DNA of 64,000 bases from an uncultured Gemmatimonadales bacterium (GCA_947259315.1 CAMYLR010000019.1:1252-65251); one strand, 5' to 3'; counted from the stretch's first letter, positions 19,256 to 29,494 are shown. The notes: generated by a model from the sequence alone, not told the origin. Numbers and translations are program-made.

Positions 19256-20119
19256 TCAGACGGTAAACGACTCCAGCGTCTCGGATCGCGAACGGTGGCG
19301 CAGCCTGTCGAGCGCTTTTTCCTTGATCTGACGGACCCGCTCACGGGTGATACCAAGCACCGATCCGATCTCCTCCAGGGTCATCGCCTCGTGGTTGTCG
19401 AGCCCGTAGTAGAGTCGGAGGATCTTGGCCTCACGGGGCTTGAGCGAACCGAGTGACCGCTGGATCGCCCTGCGGCGCGCGCTCTCCGCCGCGTTGTCAT
19501 CGGGCAGCGGGCTGTATTCGTCGGGCAGGTAGTCCAACAACTTGTTGTCTTCGCCCGGCGTCAGCGGCGCGTCCAAAGACAGGTGCGCCTGCGAGATCGA
19601 CATCGTCTTGCGAACCTCCTCGATCGAGATGTCCATCCCGCGAGCGATCTCCTCGGCCGACGGCTCTCGGCCGAGCTCCTGAAGCAGCGCGTTCGAACGC
19701 CGACCGATTCGATGCAACGTTCCGGCACGATTCAGCGGCACACGAACGATTCGCGATTGCTCGGCGAGCGCCTGCAGAATCGCCTGCCGGATCCACCACA
19801 CCGCATACGAGATGAACTTGATGCCCTTCGTCTCGTCAAACTTGTGGGCGGCACGGATGAGTCCGACGTTGCCCTCGTTGATCAAGTCGGCCAACGAGAC
19901 GCCTTGGTTCTGGTACTTCTTGGCCACGCTTACGACGAACCTGAGATTGGAGCGACAGAGTGTCTCCATCGCTTCCTGGTCGCCTTCTCGGATGCGGCTC
20001 GCGAGCCGCGCTTCCTCGTCGCGAGTGATCAGCGGATAACGGCTGATCTCTCTCAGGTACAAGTCGAGAGACCCCTCGTCAAAGGCGGTCTGCTTAGATG
20101 CGTTCAGTGCCATAGCCAT
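19256..20119 (-). CDS. RNA polymerase sigma factor, sigma-70 family (compact, regions 2-4 only)
   Basis: Regions 2.2-2.4 (VSLADLINEGNVGLIRAAHKFDETKGIKFISYAVWWIRQAI) and the region 4.2 HTH (TLEEIGSVLGITRERVRQIKEKAL). 287 aa, with no region 1.1 and no RpoH box. Confidence 0.8.
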   Translation of the reverse strand: MAMALNASKQTAFDEGSLDLYLREISRYPLITRDEEARLASRIREGDQEAMETLCRSNLRFVVSVAKKYQNQGVSLADLINEGNVGLIRAAHKFDETKGIKFISYAVWWIRQAILQALAEQSRIVRVPLNRAGTLHRIGRRSNALLQELGREPSAEEIARGMDISIEEVRKTMSISQAHLSLDAPLTPGEDNKLLDYLPDEYSPLPDDNAAESARRRAIQRSLGSLKPREAKILRLYYGLDNHEAMTLEEIGSVLGITRERVRQIKEKALDRLRHRSRSETLESFTV

Positions 20120-20226
20120 ACAGGTCCCGGTCTCCCTGAGTCTATGGATTGTGGAAGGGGCGCGTGGTGCGCCTGTGAGTAGATGTGGAGCGATTATACC
20201 ATAAGAAACCCGAAGATGTCCAGGAA

Positions 20227-20985
20227 CTACCGGATCAGATCACCAATGCGACCAAACCGGATTTCGTCGACCCAGGGGATTGGACCGGCCGATTCTTTGG
20301 AGAAGTACACGATTAGCGGCTGACCTTTGATCGCCTCCTGCGGGACAAAACCCCAATATCGGCTGTCCGCAGAGTTGTCGCGGTTGTCGCCCATGACGAA
20401 GTAACTAGCGGGCGGAACCACGATCGGTCCCCAATTGTCCCGCGACGGCCGGTATGTATCGGAGTCGACCTCGGGCGTGAGGAATCCGCGCTGCCAAGCG
20501 AACTGCGGGCGATACTGGTCATCCAGCCCATCGACGTGTCGTGCGTAGGGCTCGCGAAGGCTTTGGCCGTTGACGGTCAACACCTTGTTCCGCATTGACA
20601 GCGTGTCTCCGGGCATCCCCAACACCCGCTTCACGTAGTCGGGGTCCGGCTCGTACTCGTTGTAAGGATCGGGGTACACGAAGACCACGATATCGCCACG
20701 CCCAATCTCGCTGAACCCGGGTAACCGGTAGCCCGTGCCTGGTATCTGGGCGCCATACACGACCTTGTTGACGAGCAGAAAATCCCCGATCAGCAGGGTG
20801 TCCTCCATCGAGCCGGTGGGGATCTTGAACGCCTGGATCAGGAATGTGCGAATGACGATGAAGAGCACGAACGCCACCGCGATCGACTTCGCCCACTCCC
20901 ACGCTCCCCGTCTCAATGATGACTCCGCCGGGGCCTGCGTGTAGCGCGTCTTCCCTTTTTTCTCTGCTCGTTTTGCCGGGCTCAA
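20227..20985 (-). CDS. lepB: Signal peptidase I
   Basis: N-terminal TM helix plus the GSMEDTLLIGDFLLVNK (S26 catalytic Ser box) and GDNRDNSADSRYWG (box E) motifs. Confidence 0.85.
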   Translation of the reverse strand: MSPAKRAEKKGKTRYTQAPAESSLRRGAWEWAKSIAVAFVLFIVIRTFLIQAFKIPTGSMEDTLLIGDFLLVNKVVYGAQIPGTGYRLPGFSEIGRGDIVVFVYPDPYNEYEPDPDYVKRVLGMPGDTLSMRNKVLTVNGQSLREPYARHVDGLDDQYRPQFAWQRGFLTPEVDSDTYRPSRDNWGPIVVPPASYFVMGDNRDNSADSRYWGFVPQEAIKGQPLIVYFSKESAGPIPWVDEIRFGRIGDLIR

Positions 20986-21001
20986 GGCTGCGGTCCTCTA
21001 C

Positions 21002-22513
21002 TCATGGTTGAAGAGATCGCGAAAATGTGTCATGTGTCGACTGAGCGCGCTGCAATTGCCCGCTATAATCGACGTAGACGGTCTTCAAATCGCAAAAAAA
21101 ATCATACACTGGCCAGCCACCCTCGCGGTGGCCATTGCCGGTGTCCTTTACCCCACCGAACGGATAATGAGCCTCAGCCCCGATCGTGGGGCTATTGACG
21201 TATGTGATCCCGGCGTCGACACGTTCGATCACCTGGAACGCCGCGTTGACGTCCCGGGTGTAGATCGATGACGAGAGCCCATACCGGACGTCGTTCATCA
21301 CCTCGACCCCGTGCTCCAGGTTCTCGACCCTGATAACGGATAGCACAGGCCCAAAGATTTCTTCCTGCGCGATCCGCATATCGGTTTCCACGCCGGTGAA
21401 GATCGTCGGCCGGTAGAACCAGCCCCTGGCGAGCTCCTTGTCCGCCGGGATCTCCCCACCTGTCCGCAAGGTCGCACCGTCCTCGGCGCCAATGCGCACG
21501 TACTTGGCGACTTTGTCCCGAGCTTCTTCGTTGATCAATGGCCCTACGTCTGTGCCCTGCTTGCGACCATCTCCGAGCACCAGCGCCTCGGCCCGCCGCA
21601 CTAACTCGTCGACGAACTCATCGTGAACACCCGCCTGGAGCAACAAACGACTGGTCGCGGTGCAGCGTTGGCCGGTCGTTCCGAACGCGCCCCAAAGGAC
21701 CCCTTCCAGGGCCAGCTCGACATCCGCGTCGTCAAGCACTAGCTGGGCGTTCTTGCCGCCCATCTCGAGCGAGACCGGCTTGGCTTGCTCACCACAAGCG
21801 GCCGCGATTTTGCACCCCACCGCCGTCGAGCCGGTGAACGAGATGCCGGTCACCCACCGATGGGTCGTCAACGGGGCGCCGGCTTCTGGCCCGAAGCCAG
21901 TAACCAGTTGCATGACGTTCTCGGGTAACCCCGCCTCGAGCAGGATCTCGACGAACTTGACCGCCGACCATGGAGTGTCCTCAGCGGGCTTCCAGACGAC
22001 CGAGTCTCCGCACACCAAGGCCGGAAAGATCTTCCAGCTCGGTACGGCGATCGGGAAGTTCCATGGCGTGATAATCCCGAAGACGCCAGCCGGGCGGCGA
22101 ATCGAAAAACCCATCTTCTGTGGTAGCTCCGAAGGAGCGGTGTGGCCGAAGAGCCGCCGCCCCTCGCTGGCCGCATAGTAAGCTGTATCGATCGCTTCCT
22201 GGACATCACCTCGGGTCTCAACCAGCGGTTTGCCCATCTCGCGTGTCATTCCGTCCGCGAGCTCCTCCTTGCGCTCGGTCATCAGGTCCCCGGCCTGCCG
22301 GAGCACATCGCCCCGCACCGGAGCCGGAACGCGCGACCATTCGTCGAACCCCGCCTTAGCAGCGACCACCGCCTCGTCGATATCCGCCGGTCCGCTCGCG
22401 GCAAACGTCCCGATCACGTCGCTGGTGTCTGCCGGATTCGTGTTTGGAAAATCCGTCCGGGTCGTGGCTTCGACCCATTTCCCGGCGATCAGATTGCGAT
22501 ACGTCTCACTCAT
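21002..22513 (-). CDS. NAD(P)-dependent aldehyde dehydrogenase
   Basis: ALDH family: LEMGGKNAQLV (ELGGK-type glutamate box), FTGSTAVG, catalytic Cys context GQRCTA. About 503 aa. Confidence 0.85.
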   Translation of the reverse strand: MSETYRNLIAGKWVEATTRTDFPNTNPADTSDVIGTFAASGPADIDEAVVAAKAGFDEWSRVPAPVRGDVLRQAGDLMTERKEELADGMTREMGKPLVETRGDVQEAIDTAYYAASEGRRLFGHTAPSELPQKMGFSIRRPAGVFGIITPWNFPIAVPSWKIFPALVCGDSVVWKPAEDTPWSAVKFVEILLEAGLPENVMQLVTGFGPEAGAPLTTHRWVTGISFTGSTAVGCKIAAACGEQAKPVSLEMGGKNAQLVLDDADVELALEGVLWGAFGTTGQRCTATSRLLLQAGVHDEFVDELVRRAEALVLGDGRKQGTDVGPLINEEARDKVAKYVRIGAEDGATLRTGGEIPADKELARGWFYRPTIFTGVETDMRIAQEEIFGPVLSVIRVENLEHGVEVMNDVRYGLSSSIYTRDVNAAFQVIERVDAGITYVNSPTIGAEAHYPFGGVKDTGNGHREGGWPVYDFFCDLKTVYVDYSGQLQRAQSTHDTFSRSLQP

Positions 22514-22562
22514 AGGCCCTTATAAGTATCCTGTGATCTGCGACCTCGCCATGCATCGGCTT

Positions 22563-23045
22563 TCAGTTCCGATCTCGCTCCCGGCGAAGTTGCGCGGCCT
22601 CCCACAGCGACTCTTCTTCCGGTGTTTCGCGTTTCAGCCCTGGCACGGCAGCCGGCCGGAAATCTTCGTCAATCGCCACAAATGTCAGCAGGCACGACGT
22701 GGTATGGCGCACCTCTCCCGTCAGCAGATCTTCGGCCTCTACCTGCACTCCGATCACCATCGATGTTCGACCCACCCAATGGACCGAGGCGCACAAGGTC
22801 ACCAGATCACCAATGCGGATAGGTGAGCGAAAGTCGACCCGATCAATAGATGCGGTGACCGCGTGCTTGCCCGCATGCCTAGCCGCCGCAACGTACGCCG
22901 CGTGGTCGACCTGACGGAGGATCCACCCACCGTGAACCGACCCGAAGATGTTCCGCGATTGGGGTTCGGCGAAAACACTCATCTCGACGCGGCTAAAGGA
23001 CACGGGTTTTGATCCGGCGCCGTGGTCAGACTGAACGCTCATCAT
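22563..23045 (-). CDS. Acyl-CoA thioesterase (hotdog fold, YciA/ACOT-like)
   Basis: GSVHGGWILRQVDHAAYVAA...VTASIDRVDF pattern of hotdog acyl-CoA thioester hydrolases. Start trimmed to the internal Met (MMSVQ). Confidence 0.6.
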   Translation of the reverse strand: MMSVQSDHGAGSKPVSFSRVEMSVFAEPQSRNIFGSVHGGWILRQVDHAAYVAAARHAGKHAVTASIDRVDFRSPIRIGDLVTLCASVHWVGRTSMVIGVQVEAEDLLTGEVRHTTSCLLTFVAIDEDFRPAAVPGLKRETPEEESLWEAAQLRRERDRN

Positions 23046-23119
23046 GGCCGCAAATATCGCCGCTCGCCAGGCGATCTCCAACGGGTCGACGATCGACGCC
23101 AGGGCTAGGTTGCGATCGC

Positions 23120-23815
23120 ATGACGAGGTCGCTGGACGATGTGACGCTCGAAGTCACCGGTTGTCGCCGTTGTCCCCGGCTGGTGGCGTGGCGCGAGCGG
23201 GTGGCGCGACAGAAGCGATCAGCATTTGCCGACGAGGAATACTGGGGCCGGCCGGTGCCGGGCTGGGGAGATCCGAATGCGCGTTGTCTGTTGGTCGGCT
23301 TGGCCCCGGCCGCTCACGGCGCGAACCGGACCGGGCGCATGTTCACCGGCGACGAATCCGGTCGCTGGTTATATCGCGCGCTTCACCGCGCCGGTTTCGC
23401 CAGCCAACCGCAGTGCGAACATAAGGATGATGGCCTCACCCTTACCGACTGCTTCATCACAGCCGTCGCCCGTTGTGCCCCACCCGCCAACCGGCTGAAA
23501 CCGACCGAGCGCGACAATTGTCGCCCTTATCTCGAGGCTGAAATGAACGCACTCAACAATGTCCGCGTGGTGGTTACGCTAGGGCAGTACGCGTACGACC
23601 ACGTCTTGCGGATCTACCGCGATCGGGGCGTCTCGGTGCCTGTCCCCAAACCACGGTTCGCACACGGTGCCGAGGTCGAGTTGGGGGTTGACGAGCCAAC
23701 GGTGATCGCCTCGTACCACCCCTCCCAACAGAACACTTTCACCGGCAAGCTCACCGAGCCGATGCTCGACGCGATATTTGAGCGCGTGCAAGGGATAATC
23801 GACGCTGGTCGCTAG
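23120..23815 (+). CDS. udg: Uracil-DNA glycosylase, family 4 (Fe-S type)
   Basis: CRRCPRL Cys cluster near the N-terminus, GEGPG-like GLAPAAHGANRTGRMFTGD, and C-terminal HPS. Start at the internal ATG 23120 (MTRSLDDV...). Confidence 0.8.
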   Translation: MTRSLDDVTLEVTGCRRCPRLVAWRERVARQKRSAFADEEYWGRPVPGWGDPNARCLLVGLAPAAHGANRTGRMFTGDESGRWLYRALHRAGFASQPQCEHKDDGLTLTDCFITAVARCAPPANRLKPTERDNCRPYLEAEMNALNNVRVVVTLGQYAYDHVLRIYRDRGVSVPVPKPRFAHGAEVELGVDEPTVIASYHPSQQNTFTGKLTEPMLDAIFERVQGIIDAGR

Positions 23816-25206
23816 TTTTCGCGGGACAAACCGTACTTCTCGATCTTCTTGTACAAGTGGGAGCGTTGCATGTCGAGCTGACGTGCGGTTTCCGAGACGT
23901 TCCAGTCATTTTCGCTCAACTTCCGACTGAGAAACGCTCGCTCGGCAGCGTCGCGGTAATCGCTGAACGTGGAGTGTTTGGCGATCAGGGACTCGGCCTC
24001 ACCTGCCCGGGGCTTGCTGACCGCAGGCTCAGTCAAGGTCTCCACGTCAACGACGTCAACCGTGTCCCCTGGCGCCAGAATCACCAGCCGCTCGACGGTG
24101 TTCTTCAGTTCTCGAATGTTGCCGGGCCACGATCGCTTGGTGAGTGTCTCTACCGCCTGCTCAGAAAAAGGCTTCTCCACCATGCCGTTGTCGGCGGAGT
24201 ACGTGCGCGCAAAGTGTTGCACGAGCCCCGGGATGTCCTCCACTCTCTCGGAGAGCGGCGGGACGTGGATCGGGACGACGTTTAGTCGATAATACAGATC
24301 CTCTCGAAAGTTGCCCTCTGCAATCTGGGACACGATGTCCTTGTTCGTGGCCGCTAGCACGCGTACATCGACCTCGATCTGCTCGCCGCCACCCACGCGT
24401 TGTATGACGCCGTCCTGCAGCGCTCGCAAGACCTTCGCCTGCGCAGCGAGGCTCATGTCCCCGACTTCATCCAAGAAGAGCGTGCCACCGTCTGCCAGCT
24501 CGAACTTTCCCTTTCGGCGCGCGTGCGCGCCGGTAAAGGCTCCCTTCTCGTGTCCAAACAGCTCCGACTCAATGAGCTCCTGCGGGATCGCCGCACAATT
24601 GACCTCGATGAATGGCTTGTCGCGCCGTTCTGAGCGAGCGTGAATCTCCCGCGCCACCAACTCCTTCCCAGTCCCATTCTCACCGGTGATCAATACGTAC
24701 GCTTTGGTAGGCGCGACCTTCGTCACTTGTTGCAGAACTTCCTCGAGTGCCGGGCTATTCCCCACGATGACATCACGTGTCGCCCGGCCTTCGCCACGAA
24801 GGGCTGCATTCTCCCGCTCCAACTCGCGTTCCGCGAGTGCATTTGCGATCCGGCGCAGAACGATCTCGCGATCAGGAGGCTTCTCGAGGAAGTCGAACGC
24901 CCCGCGTTTGAGGGCTTCTACCGCCGTCTCCACGTTGCCGTGCCCACTGATCATGACCACTGTCGCATCCGGGTCCTCGGAGCGCAGCTGCTCTAAGACC
25001 TCGAGCCCATCCATGGGTGCCATCTTGATGTCCAGCAGTACCAAATCCGCTACCCGGTCGGCGTAAGCGCTTAGTGCCTCAGGTCCGTTTTCGGCGGTGC
25101 GCACTGCGTACCCTTCGTACTCGAGCATCTGTTGCAGCGCCTGACGGATGCCGGGCTCGTCGTCGACCACGAGTAATTCAGCGATCGGTTTCGATTGTCG
25201 GTTCAT
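23812..25206 (-). CDS. Sigma-54-dependent response regulator (NtrC family: REC + AAA+ + HTH)
   Basis: The receiver has a phospho-Asp context (DLVLLDIKMAPMDG). The sigma-54 interaction domain has GENGTGKELVAREIH (Walker A), GAFTGA and the [15 protein letters not shown] box. The C-terminal Fis-type HTH follows. Confidence 0.85.
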   Translation of the reverse strand: MNRQSKPIAELLVVDDEPGIRQALQQMLEYEGYAVRTAENGPEALSAYADRVADLVLLDIKMAPMDGLEVLEQLRSEDPDATVVMISGHGNVETAVEALKRGAFDFLEKPPDREIVLRRIANALAERELERENAALRGEGRATRDVIVGNSPALEEVLQQVTKVAPTKAYVLITGENGTGKELVAREIHARSERRDKPFIEVNCAAIPQELIESELFGHEKGAFTGAHARRKGKFELADGGTLFLDEVGDMSLAAQAKVLRALQDGVIQRVGGGEQIEVDVRVLAATNKDIVSQIAEGNFREDLYYRLNVVPIHVPPLSERVEDIPGLVQHFARTYSADNGMVEKPFSEQAVETLTKRSWPGNIRELKNTVERLVILAPGDTVDVVDVETLTEPAVSKPRAGEAESLIAKHSTFSDYRDAAERAFLSRKLSENDWNVSETARQLDMQRSHLYKKIEKYGLSREN

Positions 25207-25664
25207 GGTCTCCCTATCGGCAGCTCATAGACGATGTAGCTCGATTTCCGCATCCCCATTGTCTGATATGCGTCGCGTGCGTCACGATTCTCCCGGTCGA
25301 CATACAACCTCACCGCGGCCACGTCGCCAGCGACCGTAGCGGCTTCGAGCACGCTTTGCCAGAGCGCTCGGAAAACCCCACTCCGCCGGTGGCGAGAATC
25401 CACGTACACGGACTGGAGCCACCAATAGGAGCCGGCGTTCCAATCGCTCGGCTCCACGGTGACCAGACACTGGCCACACACGGCACCGTCCCGTTCGGCC
25501 AGCCAGTATCGCCCACTGTCAGGGTTTGCGATGATTCCTCTTACCCCGGCCGTCACCGTCTGGTCGTCCAACTCGATACCCTCGCTCTCGATCGCGAGGC
25601 GACAGTTGAAGTCGACAATCTGGCCGACGTCGGTAGGCTCGGCGGGTCGGATCGAGATCCCCAT
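25203..25664 (-). CDS. GNAT family N-acetyltransferase
   Basis: Acetyl-CoA-binding pattern (VDSRHRRSGVFRALWQSVLEAA) in a ~150-aa protein. Start at the internal Met (MGISIRP). The ORF track start at 25814 is an upstream extension. Its stop is coupled to the NtrC-like start (ATGA). Confidence 0.6.
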   Translation of the reverse strand: MGISIRPAEPTDVGQIVDFNCRLAIESEGIELDDQTVTAGVRGIIANPDSGRYWLAERDGAVCGQCLVTVEPSDWNAGSYWWLQSVYVDSRHRRSGVFRALWQSVLEAATVAGDVAAVRLYVDRENRDARDAYQTMGMRKSSYIVYELPIGRP

Positions 25665-25867
25665 GCAGCTACAGAAGATCGCCGTGTTGGCGGTTGCGTC
25701 CAGCCGACGCCACCTCAGAGAGTAACGTTGCCTCACGAACTCTTCACAGTTTGCAGTTGACCCATCGGGACGGTAGAATCGCCCGGCTTTAGCTATCTGC
25801 AACGTTCTCCGCACCGGTCACACTCACCTTTGCCTTTCGGGGTCCGAAAAAGATCGTCAGCACGCTC

Positions 25868-28333
25868 ATGAAAACCAACATCTCCCGTCTCATCTGCATC
25901 TTGCTCTGTGTCAGCTGGGGGGCGTGCTCCCAAACCACCGCCCCAAGAGACGACGAAAAGGCGGAGCCGCGCCACGCGGCCGAGGCGAACCTGGAGGATG
26001 CCTCCAGCGTTCTTGGTTCGGCACTGCCCGGTACGCTGCTACTGACTTCTGAAACTGATTTCGCGTCTGAGATCATCGCTGGCGTCGATCGATTCCTTCT
26101 GCGGCAGATCGAGCAGTCGATTAAGCAACGCCAAAGGCACTGGGCACGCGATGACTCTTCCGAGCGAGCTTACAACGAGTCGGTCAGCCCCAATCGGACC
26201 CGGTTCGCGAGGATTATCGGCGCGCACGAGGAGCGACTCGCATTCGACGGACTCGAACTCATCGCAACAACGAAACAGGGTGCGACCGTTGGCGAGGGCA
26301 GAGGTTTCAAAGCCTACGCGGTACGGTGGCCGGTGATTCGTGATGTGCATGGCGAAGGTCTGCTGTTGCAACCGACTGGCCGTGTGCCGATCGGTCATGT
26401 TGTTGCCGTTCCCGATCCGGACCAGACACCAGAGATGCTCGTCGGGCTCGCTGATGGAGTCGCAATGGAGTCCCAGTTCGCTCGTCGGTTGGCTGAGAAT
26501 GGCTTTCAGGTAATCATACCAACCTTAATCGACCGAGCGAACGTCGATGCTCCGCCGCCCTGGAAGCGCGACGATCTCTACGGTTCAGCCCGTGAGTTCG
26601 CTCGACAAGTCGTGGACGGCGTTCAGGATCGGGACCGAACTGCGCTCTCGAACCGCGAGTATCTCTACCGACCCGCGTTCGAGCTGGGTCGTCATTTGAT
26701 CGGCTACGAAACGCAGAAGGTACTTGCGATTATTGATTGGTTCGCCAAACAAGCGGCGGATGATGCACGAATTGGCGTCTTCGGATACGGTGGGGGTGGG
26801 CTTCTCGCTCTTTATGCAGGCGCTATCGACCCGCGAATCGACGTGACGTTAGTTAGCGGTTATTACGGTCCCCGAGAGAACCTCTGGCAGGAACCCATTG
26901 ACCGCAATGTCTTCGGGTTGCTAGACGAGTTTGGCGATGCAGAGCTAGCAACCCTGATCGCTCCGCGCACACTTATCATCGAGGCGTCGAAGGCGCCTGA
27001 GTTTGTTATTCCGGCAGGTACGCGGGGTGCCCCAGGGCGTGTCGTTACGCCGAGCTTCCAAGATGTCGAAGCAGAAGTGGATCGCGCTGGAAGCCTGCTC
27101 GGCAAACTGCATCCCGACGCCCGCCCTTACTTGATCGGGCATTCGAATGGCCATGGTGCGTTCGGCTCGAAACCCGCTCTCGAGACCTTTGTCGCTACAC
27201 TGGCTCATAACAAGCGGCTGATGGAAGCGGGACCAGAACCAGAGGACCTAAGAAAGACGTTTGATCCTCACGCGCGGTTGAGAAGCCAGCTAGGGGAGAT
27301 AGAGGACGACACACAAGAGTTGCTCAACGAGAGCCGAAAGGTCCGTGAAGAATTCTGGAAAGCTGCGGATCGCAGCTCTGTCGAGCAGTGGAAAGAGACA
27401 ACGGACTCGTACCGACAGTACTTCTATGACGAGATAATTGGGCGCATCGATCAGCCACTACTGCCGCCGAGAGTCCGTACCCGCCAGATCTACGATGAGC
27501 CTGAGCTCCGAGGCTACGAAGTCGTCATGGACATCTATCCTGATGTTATCGCCTACGGTATTCTTCTACTTCCCAAAGACCTCCAGCCCGGCGAGAGGCG
27601 CCCGGTCGTCGTTTGTCAACACGGGTTGGAGGACAGACCCAGCGATCTCGCACAACCCGGTCATCACGATCCCCTGTATAACATGTTCGCGGTCAGATTA
27701 GCTGAGCGCGGATTCATCACCTTCGCCCCCCAAAACCTCTATATCTTTGGGGACCGATTCAGAACACTGCAACGAAAGGCGCAGCCTCTAAAGAAGACCC
27801 TCTTCTCGATCATCGTGCCGCAGCACCAGCAAGCAACGGATTGGCTCGCGTCGCTGCCGTTCGTCGACCCTGACCGCATCGCTTTCTACGGTTTGTCTTA
27901 CGGTGGCAAAACCGCGATGCGCGTTCCACCGTTGGTCGACAACTACAGCCTCGTGATTTCGTCAGGTGACTTCAACGATTGGATTTGGACAACCGCCTCG
28001 ACGCGGAACCGCTACACCTATGTGACCAGAAGACAATACGAGATGTTCGAGTTCGACTTGGGCAACACCTTCAACTACGCCGAGATGGCAGGCCTGATAG
28101 CGCCTCGGCCCTTTATGGTCGAGCGGGGCCACCGGGACGGTGTGGCTCGAGATGAGACAGTGGCTTTTGAGTTCGCGAAGGTGCGCCTCCTGTACGCTGA
28201 TCTGGAGATCTCGGATCGCGCCCGCATCGAGTACTTTGACGGCCCCCACACGATCCACGGTGTCGGCACGTTTGAGTTTCTTCATCAGCATCTCGAATGG
28301 CCCGACCCCAGCTCGGCCTCGGATCGACGCTAA
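25868..28333 (+). CDS. Lipoprotein with two tandem alpha/beta-hydrolase (esterase / dienelactone-hydrolase-like) domains
   Basis: Signal peptide with lipobox (LLCVSWGAC). The domain 1 nucleophile elbow reads FGYGGGGLLALYAG (Ser replaced by Gly). Domain 2 has a canonical GLSYGG (GxSxG), with downstream acidic and His residues. Confidence 0.55.
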   Translation: MKTNISRLICILLCVSWGACSQTTAPRDDEKAEPRHAAEANLEDASSVLGSALPGTLLLTSETDFASEIIAGVDRFLLRQIEQSIKQRQRHWARDDSSERAYNESVSPNRTRFARIIGAHEERLAFDGLELIATTKQGATVGEGRGFKAYAVRWPVIRDVHGEGLLLQPTGRVPIGHVVAVPDPDQTPEMLVGLADGVAMESQFARRLAENGFQVIIPTLIDRANVDAPPPWKRDDLYGSAREFARQVVDGVQDRDRTALSNREYLYRPAFELGRHLIGYETQKVLAIIDWFAKQAADDARIGVFGYGGGGLLALYAGAIDPRIDVTLVSGYYGPRENLWQEPIDRNVFGLLDEFGDAELATLIAPRTLIIEASKAPEFVIPAGTRGAPGRVVTPSFQDVEAEVDRAGSLLGKLHPDARPYLIGHSNGHGAFGSKPALETFVATLAHNKRLMEAGPEPEDLRKTFDPHARLRSQLGEIEDDTQELLNESRKVREEFWKAADRSSVEQWKETTDSYRQYFYDEIIGRIDQPLLPPRVRTRQIYDEPELRGYEVVMDIYPDVIAYGILLLPKDLQPGERRPVVVCQHGLEDRPSDLAQPGHHDPLYNMFAVRLAERGFITFAPQNLYIFGDRFRTLQRKAQPLKKTLFSIIVPQHQQATDWLASLPFVDPDRIAFYGLSYGGKTAMRVPPLVDNYSLVISSGDFNDWIWTTASTRNRYTYVTRRQYEMFEFDLGNTFNYAEMAGLIAPRPFMVERGHRDGVARDETVAFEFAKVRLLYADLEISDRARIEYFDGPHTIHGVGTFEFLHQHLEWPDPSSASDRR

Positions 28334-28363
28334 GGGCTGAGCGTTATCAACCAGGGCTTGCCC

Positions 28364-29494
28364 CTACCGACCCGCTTGCTCCAGCACCTCTCGCACACGA
28401 TCGAGCGGCAGGGCGGCCGCCGTGCCGCGGTGTCCAGTCACGGTGGTCGCCTGGAACAACGAATTCAGGATCGCCTCCTCGGTGGCCTCGATCACCGCCA
28501 GAAAAAGCGGCGACAGCGCCTCGGCCCGCAATGATTCCCGAGTCGTCGTTATTTCATCGACACGGTAGGAAACCCTAAGCTGTGGGTGGGTCGAGAATGC
28601 GATCACGTAGTCACCCGAGCCATGTGAAGAGAAGCCACCGACGCGCCCAATGGCGTATGGCGCACGGCGGGCGATCCGAATCAAGGCGTCCGCCCCGACT
28701 GGCGCATCGGTAGCGATCACGATGACGATCGAGCCGCCGTCAGCATCGGGCTCGTCCGCTAAGCCGTACGAAACAGGATCAGGGCCCGGATTGTGCCCGA
28801 TAGCGTGTGGATCGGTCGGCAACCACCGCTGGATAAAATCAGCCGCGTCAAGCCGTTGACCGACCGGTACACCTTTGATCTCGAGTGCACCCCCGAAGTT
28901 CGACTGCACGAGCGCACCCAACGTGTAGACTACGTCGCCGATCCGAACTTGGCGGCTGGCGGTACCGATACCACCCTTGAATCCCAACGCCCGAGTCCCC
29001 GTGCCGGCCCCGACCGACCCCTCCGCCACCGGGCCAGCCACGGCCGCCGCCAATGCGGATTCGACCTCGGCCGATCCGATCCGGGGAACTCGGATCGCAT
29101 TCAGAAAGCCATCGTTTGTCTCCCCGACGACGGGGTTGACCGAACGCACCGCGGGGTCGTCGGTCGTGTCCAGCGTCCAGCGAACGAGCGCGTCAGCGAC
29201 GCGACCGACCGCCAGCGTGTTGGTCAAGACAACCGGGGTCTCCAGCGTACCCAATTCATCGACTTGAGTGACGCCGGTCAGCTTGCCGAATCCGTTCGCG
29301 ACGTAGATCGCGGCGGGGACCTTTTCCAGGAACACGTCACCCGGGTGCGGTCGAATCGCTGTTACCCCGGTCCGGATCGAGTCGCCCTCAACCACCGTCG
29401 TGTGACCGACGAGCACGCCCTGAACGTCGGTGATGGCGTTGAGCGGGCCGGGTGTTAGAACCCCGACCTCCAAGCCCAGTTGGCGCACGCGCAT
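28364..29494 (-). CDS. DmpA/OAT-family aminopeptidase (peptidase S58, L-aminopeptidase/D-esterase-like)
   Basis: N-terminus MRVRQLGLEVGVLTPGPLNAITDVQGVLVGHTTV is typical of DmpA. The ORF track start at 29737 is a Cys/Arg-rich upstream extension and probably not translated. Confidence 0.7.
   Translation of the reverse strand: MRVRQLGLEVGVLTPGPLNAITDVQGVLVGHTTVVEGDSIRTGVTAIRPHPGDVFLEKVPAAIYVANGFGKLTGVTQVDELGTLETPVVLTNTLAVGRVADALVRWTLDTTDDPAVRSVNPVVGETNDGFLNAIRVPRIGSAEVESALAAAVAGPVAEGSVGAGTGTRALGFKGGIGTASRQVRIGDVVYTLGALVQSNFGGALEIKGVPVGQRLDAADFIQRWLPTDPHAIGHNPGPDPVSYGLADEPDADGGSIVIVIATDAPVGADALIRIARRAPYAIGRVGGFSSHGSGDYVIAFSTHPQLRVSYRVDEITTTRESLRAEALSPLFLAVIEATEEAILNSLFQATTVTGHRGTAAALPLDRVREVLEQAGR

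Noticed and set aside
21002-22513. Aldehyde dehydrogenase as a BMC (metabolosome) core enzyme
   Set aside because: It lies 11 kb away on a different transcription unit. It has no N-terminal encapsulation-peptide-like helix and a standard ALDH N-terminus. It is probably unrelated to the vertex-protein locus.
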